This document shows positions 53,425 to 58,619 of a DNA stretch of 58,619 nt, piece after piece (position 1 is the first letter of the stretch; each line of letters opens with the position of its first letter). A program made the position numbers and the translations under genes. The stretch spans positions 1 to 58,619 of the IMG/VR virus record IMGVR_UViG_3300036900_000065, one strand, 5' to 3'. Source of the stretch: a virus. Lineage: Duplodnaviria > Caudoviricetes. The notes under the pieces are model-generated. The model was not told the origin of the DNA, searched no databases, and saw only the letters and a list, made by a program, of their open reading frames with translations.

Positions 53425-54456
53425 ATGACTGCAACTGCGACTGCGTCGGTATTGCAGGCCCCGGCCTACAATCTCGACGATCCCTCTACCCTCACCATCG
53501 ACCTGAACAATCCGAAGCCGAAGGAAATTCTTGCGATCAGCAAGACCTTCGAGGAGGCGATGCGCGCCAACCCCGACCCCGGCCCGCTGCCGGTCAACAC
53601 GGGCTGGCACGACATCACCCCCGCCATCGCGGTGAACCTCTTGCGGCGCAACTATCGCGGCGCGAACCGTTCGCTCGATGCGGCGACGGTGGTCTACTAC
53701 GCCATCCAGATGAAAGAGGGTGAATGGCGGGCCACGGGCCAGCCGATCATCCTCAACGTCGAGGGCGGACTGCTCGACGCCCAGCATCGCTTGTATGCGG
53801 GGCTGGTGTCTGGCGAAACGTTCAAGTCGTTCGTGGTGACGGATGTCGAAGCGCGCAGCGATATGTTCGCGTTCATCGACAATAGCAAGGCGCGCACCGG
53901 GGCGGATGCTTTGCGCACCGCTGGCTTCAACGGTGTGTCGCCCACCATCGCGAAGGTCTTGCGCTTCGCGGAGGAGATCCGGGTGGGCTTGTACAGCCCG
54001 ACCGGAGCCACTCGGCTGGCCCGCATCACCCCGGCTCACTTGATCCGGCTGGTGCAGACCTACCCGAACGTGCTGGCGGCATCGCGCTCGGCGGCCTCCG
54101 ATTGGGCCGATGCGGTCGACTACCTCGACGGTCGCAAGGAGGTGGTGGCCTACGTCGGTATGCGGATCACCGACGAGCATGACGACGCCTTGGCCGACGA
54201 GTTCATCGAGGACATTCTCGATGGCGAGACGGCCCGCGCGACGGACCATCCGATTGCGGCCTTCCGCAAGAAGATGGACGACAACAACCGCGCGGCGAAG
54301 AAGATGAAGCGGTCGGTGATGACCGCCTACATGATCCAAGCCTTCAATGCTTGGCATCTCCAGCAGACCTTGGGTCGCCGCTGGTGGTGGAACCCGCAAA
54401 ACGAAGCGTTCCCGGCCATCGTTGGCGCGGGGCCTGCTGCGCAAGCTGCGGAGTAA
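53425..54456 (+). CDS. ParB-like / DGQHR-type domain protein
   Basis: ITP..A..LL..N..NR, M..GEW...G.PI, LLDAQHRL.A. Confidence 0.75.
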   Translation: MTATATASVLQAPAYNLDDPSTLTIDLNNPKPKEILAISKTFEEAMRANPDPGPLPVNTGWHDITPAIAVNLLRRNYRGANRSLDAATVVYYAIQMKEGEWRATGQPIILNVEGGLLDAQHRLYAGLVSGETFKSFVVTDVEARSDMFAFIDNSKARTGADALRTAGFNGVSPTIAKVLRFAEEIRVGLYSPTGATRLARITPAHLIRLVQTYPNVLAASRSAASDWADAVDYLDGRKEVVAYVGMRITDEHDDALADEFIEDILDGETARATDHPIAAFRKKMDDNNRAAKKMKRSVMTAYMIQAFNAWHLQQTLGRRWWWNPQNEAFPAIVGAGPAAQAAE

Positions 54457-54462
54457 AAACTT

Positions 54463-54495
54463 GGGGCGGGTCGCGAAGGCCCGCCCCTCTTTTTT
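54463..54495 (+). terminator. Rho-independent terminator
   Basis: GGGGCGGG/CCCGCCCC stem plus TCTTTTTT. Confidence 0.85.
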
Positions 54496-54510
54496 CCACG
54501 GGAGAGGATC

Positions 54511-55599
54511 ATGCCAGACAATTCCAATGTCGTGCCGATGGTGCCCGACGCAACCGCCGCCATTGGCGCGCGGATCGACGCCGCCTACGAGCGCGCCCAG
54601 CGCGGCCTGCGGAAACAGACTGAGGGCCGTGCGGAGTGGATCGAAGGCTCGCTGGAGCTTGCCGCCGCCCTGCTTGAAGGCCGCGAGCGCATGGGCAACC
54701 CCGCCTTCGGCGCGTGGCTTCGGGACAATCACCACGATCACCTCAACGCGACCGACCGTGCAGCGTTGATGAATATCGGGCGCGATCCATCGCTTGCGCG
54801 CGCGGCTCTCGAAGCATCGCAAAGTATTTCTTACCAGATCATTTGGGGCGAAGCGCGGTATCATTATCCTACCGATATGAGAATGATACCGCGCAACGCG
54901 CGCTCTACTGCGAACGGCCCGTGGACTGCCGCTATCGACGCAAGACTTACTGCGTTGTTCCACCAGATCGGCAACCACCCTGCGCGGCTTGCGGCGATGA
55001 TCACTGCCGAGTTTCCAGAGGCGGTCGCCAATCGAGCCGACCGCATGTTCACGCCGGGAATGGTCAAGACGGCGCTGCGGGACCGCCTCGGCTTGGTCGA
55101 GCAGTCGCCCAGCCGAAGCCGCGCCGCTCCGACCCCCGCCACCACCCGCCCGCGCCGTGCGCCGCCTCGCGAACCAGTGGTTGCACCCGCCGCCCCATCG
55201 GGCCGCATCCTATCCCGGCAGGAGATCGACCCTGAGTTCACCGGCACCGCCGCCGAGTTCACGATGATCCACGGCCACGTCCGCACGCAGACCGCCGCCC
55301 AGCAAGCAACGGCGGCCTTCGGCGCTCTCGCGTCCAAGTTCCGCACCATCGCCCGCCAATGGCGCGACTACGAGGCGACGATGGCAAGCTCAAGCACCCC
55401 GATCAATTTCAGCGACCCCTATTGGGCGGGATGGCTGCGGGAGCCGGATGCGCGCGACCTCCTTCGCCTGACCGAAGCCTTAGAATACCTGCGCCCGCGC
55501 ATTGCGGAAGCGGAGGCGGCTCTTGCCCGCGCGGAGGCCGCTCGGGCACCAGTGGCCGCGACAGGCCCCACCACGGGCGAACTAGCGCGCGCCGAATAG
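54511..55599 (+). CDS. Hypothetical protein
   Basis: GAGAGGA RBS; L.EGRE...FGAWL pattern seen in phage proteins. Confidence 0.65.
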   Translation: MPDNSNVVPMVPDATAAIGARIDAAYERAQRGLRKQTEGRAEWIEGSLELAAALLEGRERMGNPAFGAWLRDNHHDHLNATDRAALMNIGRDPSLARAALEASQSISYQIIWGEARYHYPTDMRMIPRNARSTANGPWTAAIDARLTALFHQIGNHPARLAAMITAEFPEAVANRADRMFTPGMVKTALRDRLGLVEQSPSRSRAAPTPATTRPRRAPPREPVVAPAAPSGRILSRQEIDPEFTGTAAEFTMIHGHVRTQTAAQQATAAFGALASKFRTIARQWRDYEATMASSSTPINFSDPYWAGWLREPDARDLLRLTEALEYLRPRIAEAEAALARAEAARAPVAATGPTTGELARAE

Positions 55600-56115
55600 C
55601 GGCGTGGTGCGGAACGCAAGGTCGGGCCGCAAGAAGCTCATCTGGTAGTCCCACAAGGCGCACGCATCCGCCTCGTCATCCGTCTCGACCGGCCAGCCGA
55701 TCTGCCGACAGCGCTCGACCGTCATCGGCTTGGCGATCTTCGCCTTGAAATTTCGCCCGATGAAATGCGAGCGCACCTGACTGACCGTGGCCTCGCGCAA
55801 CTCGACCACGTTGTAGGCCCATTCCTCAAGATGCTCGGCCAGCCCGAATAGGAGCTTGGTCGTCTCGACATTGGTGTCCCCGTGCATGAACGAGGGCACC
55901 GCAGGGCACTCGTACACGATCAATGCGGGCTGCTCGTCGCGCACGTTCCACGTATCTTCGAGCCACGCCCGGAAGGCGCGATAGATCACGGGCCGCGATG
56001 TTCCGGGCTTGCCGAAGCGCAGGTGGCCGAACTCTGGTGCCGCGCCCGGAGGACCGTAGGCCCAGCCGGTGGTGGTCGCGAGGTCGAGCGCGAGGACGTT
56101 GCCGGTGAACTTCAC
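55582..56115 (-). CDS. RuvC-like Holliday junction resolvase
   Basis: VLALDLATTTGWA, IVYE, DDEADACALW. Confidence 0.85.
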   Translation of the reverse strand: MKFTGNVLALDLATTTGWAYGPPGAAPEFGHLRFGKPGTSRPVIYRAFRAWLEDTWNVRDEQPALIVYECPAVPSFMHGDTNVETTKLLFGLAEHLEEWAYNVVELREATVSQVRSHFIGRNFKAKIAKPMTVERCRQIGWPVETDDEADACALWDYQMSFLRPDLAFRTTPLFGAR

Positions 56116-56780
56116 GATTGCACCGCCGCCAACAGCCTCGGCAGTTCGGCTTCAAGTTCATGCAATGGGCGATAGGGCGGGCGATTGTACCAGCACCCGC
56201 CTTTCTCGTACCAGATGTCGGGATTGCCCTTGCCCTCGCGGCCCCATAGCCAGCCGCGCAATTCGATGCGGTAGTCGTCAAGGTGGACGAGCGCCAGCAC
56301 ATAAGGCAGGTGGTCGCGATCCCCCGGCTTGATGCCAAGGTTGGTGCCGGTGCCGGGGACCGGCGTGGCGCGCACCTCGACGCATCCGCCCACGTCGATC
56401 TCGCCCGCGACGTATCCGATCTTCGGGGTCCACTTGAGCCGATAGTGCTTGGCGACCCCGCACTCGCCAACCGCGCCCACGATGTCGAAAGTCTCCGGGT
56501 TCTCGGTCAGGTTGCCATAGTGGACGTGCCCGCTCGCCTTCGCATAGGCGAACTTCGCCTTGCCGATCTCGATAGCCTTCGCCAGCCACGCCTCGGATAG
56601 CCTGACGATGACGGGTGCCTGCTCGCCGGTCGGCTTCTCTGGCCGATGCGCGCCGCAATACCATGTGCCCAATCTGCCCTCGCGCAGCGACACGTCGTAA
56701 CCGAACGCGCCCCACTTGCCGCAATGGCAATGATGAACCAGCGCGTTGCCCTCGTAGCCGACAGCGCCGGGGTGGATCAT
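56112..56780 (-). CDS. Hypothetical protein (Zn-finger N-terminus plus nuclease-like domain)
   Basis: CHCGKWG.FG...WYC..H; GAVGE..VA, DVG..VEVR. Confidence 0.65.
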   Translation of the reverse strand: MIHPGAVGYEGNALVHHCHCGKWGAFGYDVSLREGRLGTWYCGAHRPEKPTGEQAPVIVRLSEAWLAKAIEIGKAKFAYAKASGHVHYGNLTENPETFDIVGAVGECGVAKHYRLKWTPKIGYVAGEIDVGGCVEVRATPVPGTGTNLGIKPGDRDHLPYVLALVHLDDYRIELRGWLWGREGKGNPDIWYEKGGCWYNRPPYRPLHELEAELPRLLAAVQS

Positions 56781-56932
56781 TTACCGCGCTTGCTCGCCTT
56801 GATCGTCACCAGCTTGCCGCCGACCCCCTTCACTTTGAGTTTGCCGGACTTTAATCCCGCTCGCGCGGCCTGCGCCTCGCGCAGGTTCCGCAACTGCTGT
56901 TCGTGCGGGCCGATTTTTGCCTTCTCGCTCAT
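56777..56932 (-). CDS. Small basic protein
   Basis: AAGGAG RBS; GPHE.QLR.LRE. Confidence 0.55.
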   Translation of the reverse strand: MSEKAKIGPHEQQLRNLREAQAARAGLKSGKLKVKGVGGKLVTIKASKRGK

Positions 56933-57107
56933 GCTCGCTCCTTCGGTGGTTCTCGGCGCACCATTCGTCCACATCCGCCTGCGTGAACTTGTGGTGCGCC
57001 ATCTGCGCCTCGAAGTCTGTGCGGGTGATGGCTTCGAGGCCGTAGTCGGTGAGCAGACAGCCCAGCACGTCGTGCCTGTCGATCTTCGGGGCCGCCTTCT
57101 TCGCCAT
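56781..57107 (-). CDS. Hypothetical protein
   Basis: TGATG coupling to the upstream gene; 3' half overlaps the next gene. Confidence 0.5.
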   Translation of the reverse strand: MAKKAAPKIDRHDVLGCLLTDYGLEAITRTDFEAQMAHHKFTQADVDEWCAENHRRSEHEREGKNRPARTAVAEPARGAGRASGIKVRQTQSEGGRRQAGDDQGEQAR

Positions 57108-57535
57108 CAGGCCGCCCCGACCGGCTCGCCCATCGTATCCTCGGCGACTTGCGCCTTCGGCTTGCGCCCGCCGCGCTTCGGCTTCACCCCGGATGGCATG
57201 TCGGGGAATAGCGCCATCTGCGTCGGCACGCCGTGCGCGCGCACCACCTTTTCCAGCATCGCCCGCTCCTCCGCCTCAAGCTCGGTGATCAGCCCCGCCA
57301 GCTTCGCTTGGGTCTGCTCGATTTTGATTTGCAGCTTCATCACCTTTTGCGGGATGCCCTGCTGCGCCGCGCGCTCGTATATCGTGCTGATCGCATCGCG
57401 CTGACGGCGGGCCGCGTTCATGTAGGTGCCGCGCGCGCTCTCGATCACGTCGAACTTGTCCAGCACGTCCCTGATAACGCTGTTGACCAGACGCGGGGTG
57501 ACTTCAATATTTCCGGACTTCGCTGCCTTTGCCAT
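57107..57535 (-). CDS. GapR/DUF2312-like nucleoid-associated protein
   Basis: Helical ...ISTIYERAAQQGIP.KVMK..IK pattern; GAGGA RBS. Confidence 0.55.
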   Translation of the reverse strand: MAKAAKSGNIEVTPRLVNSVIRDVLDKFDVIESARGTYMNAARRQRDAISTIYERAAQQGIPQKVMKLQIKIEQTQAKLAGLITELEAEERAMLEKVVRAHGVPTQMALFPDMPSGVKPKRGGRKPKAQVAEDTMGEPVGAA

Positions 57536-57956
57536 CTGGCTTCCTCTGCTGGGGTTGCGGCGTCCTGTACGCCTCGGTGTGGATGTCGCAGTACGGCGAC
57601 AGACTGCCCTTGTCGGTGAGCGCGCGCAATCGACCGCAGCACATCCGCAGCCCATATTCGCCGCGCTTGTCCAGCACCGCCTTGCAGCCGTCCGCCGGGA
57701 GATCGAGATACTCGACCTCGCCGGGCCGGTCCTGCGGCGGTCGGACGGTCTTAACGAGGCGCACCGTTCGCGGCCTCCTCGGTTCGGTGAACCGGCGCGC
57801 GTGCGCCATTCCAAGCCGCATCCGCCGCCCGCTGACCGCGCCGCGCGTCACCTTGACGCCCAGCGCCTTCGTCATCGCCGCCGCGACCGACGTGAGCGAG
57901 CCGCCACGATCCCACAACCTCTTGAGCATGGCGTCGTCGGCGGCGGTCCATGTCAG
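57504..57956 (-). CDS. gcrA: GcrA-like transcription regulator
   Basis: TWT.....LKRLW..G.S...A......TRGAV.G...RLG and L.L....CK...CG...SPYC..H; start uncertain (CTG 57956 or ATG 58034). Confidence 0.85.
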   Translation of the reverse strand: MTWTAADDAMLKRLWDRGGSLTSVAAAMTKALGVKVTRGAVSGRRMRLGMAHARRFTEPRRPRTVRLVKTVRPPQDRPGEVEYLDLPADGCKAVLDKRGEYGLRMCCGRLRALTDKGSLSPYCDIHTEAYRTPQPQQRKPDGKGSEVRKY

Positions 57957-58168
57957 GCGCGGCGGCGCTTGAAGATGTCGGGCCTGATCCTTTCCGGCGG
58001 GATGTTCAGGAGCTTCGATACCGTGTTCACCCATTGCGGCGGCACCCGCTTCCACTGATACACCGCCGCCCGATGCACCCCGCACGCCCTCGCCACTTCG
58101 GTCGGGAGACCGCGTGTCGTTCTTATCTTCGTCATTGTCTTGTCGAGGTCGGTGAGTTGCGCCGACAT
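57953..58168 (-). CDS. Cro/YdaS-like HTH regulator
   Basis: VARACGVHRAAVYQWKRVP...IRPDIF; first gene of the leftward unit. Confidence 0.85.
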   Translation of the reverse strand: MSAQLTDLDKTMTKIRTTRGLPTEVARACGVHRAAVYQWKRVPPQWVNTVSKLLNIPPERIRPDIFKRRRA

Positions 58169-58221
58169 ATTTTTCCTCGCTTTTTTCCATGGGGACTACC
58201 TATCGCCGTTCTTCAGCCGGA

Positions 58222-58261
58222 TGGCAAGTGGCCCTTGCCAACGGGAAGGTCCGGGCATACA
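58222..58261 (+). promoter_or_regulatory. Early promoter with perfect palindromic operator
   Basis: TGGCAAG-TGGCC-CTTGCCA; -10-like GGCATACA. Confidence 0.65.
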
Positions 58262-58306
58262 ACCAGAATTAGCGGGATTGGCCCGCTGCTATATCGGAGC
58301 AAGCAC

Positions 58307-58619
58307 ATGAGAACCGGACTGACCCTGACCCAATTGGCCGTCGAGATCGAGCGACGGGCCAAGGCGAAAGATGACTTCGTCGTCTCGACCAGAGACATCG
58401 AGATGATCGAGAGCCTCGACCTTGTGATCGCAGGTGGGGACAAAGTGGTGGGGATCAACAAGATCGCCCACGATCAGATCGCATCGCACACTGAAATTCC
58501 CCGCGCCTATTACAACCGGATGCTCGCCGACGATCCGCGCCTCTTGGCGGCGAACGTCAATACATGGTTCCGCAAGAACCCGGTCCCGCGCATGGTGCGC
58601 TGTCTCGACAACACCGCCC
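58307..58619 (+). CDS. DUF932-like protein, 5' part (continues at the window start)
   Basis: GGAGCAAGC RBS at 58296; ATG at 58307. Confidence 0.8.
   Translation, partial: MRTGLTLTQLAVEIERRAKAKDDFVVSTRDIEMIESLDLVIAGGDKVVGINKIAHDQIASHTEIPRAYYNRMLADDPRLLAANVNTWFRKNPVPRMVRCLDNTA
58374..58619. repeat. Terminal direct repeat, right copy
   Basis: Matches 1-246 with one synonymous mismatch. Confidence 0.95.

Noticed and set aside
58222-58240. Sigma54 promoter (TGGCA...TTGC)
   Set aside because: GG-to-GC spacing is 12 nt rather than 10; fits the palindromic operator better

Overview
The window is an apparently complete, circularly closed ~58.4-kb high-GC tailed phage genome: positions 1-246 are repeated at 58374-58619 with one mismatch. 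The host is most likely an alphaproteobacterium, given the phage-encoded GcrA-like, GapR-like and PEPxxWA-CTERM proteins. The minus strand carries a lambda-type head module (TerS/GpA, portal, ClpP-type protease, major capsid E), a Mu-type contractile tail and baseplate, fibres and a lysis region, plus a primase/helicase/RuvC replication block. Three plus-strand early blocks carry a DUF932-like gene, RecE/RecT-like genes, an amidoligase with two gamma-glutamylcyclotransferases, and a ParB-like gene. I recognised no integrase, CI-type repressor, DNA polymerase, tRNA or CRISPR array. The most notable signal is a candidate RNA-based regulon. About ten plus-strand genes share the extended ribosome-binding motif GGAGCAAG(C), and two intergenic stem-loops (1023-1103 on +, 48151-48233 on -) display its exact antisense, GCUUGCUCC, in their loops. 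Other notable features are AAG-N5-CTT operators at all early promoters, a repeated 17-nt hairpin element, two phage-borne PEP-CTERM proteins, glycosyltransferase-like genes between sheath and tube, an antisense acidic mini-gene, and a highly structured non-coding region upstream of the primase. All protein calls come from motif recognition by eye; no database searches were run.
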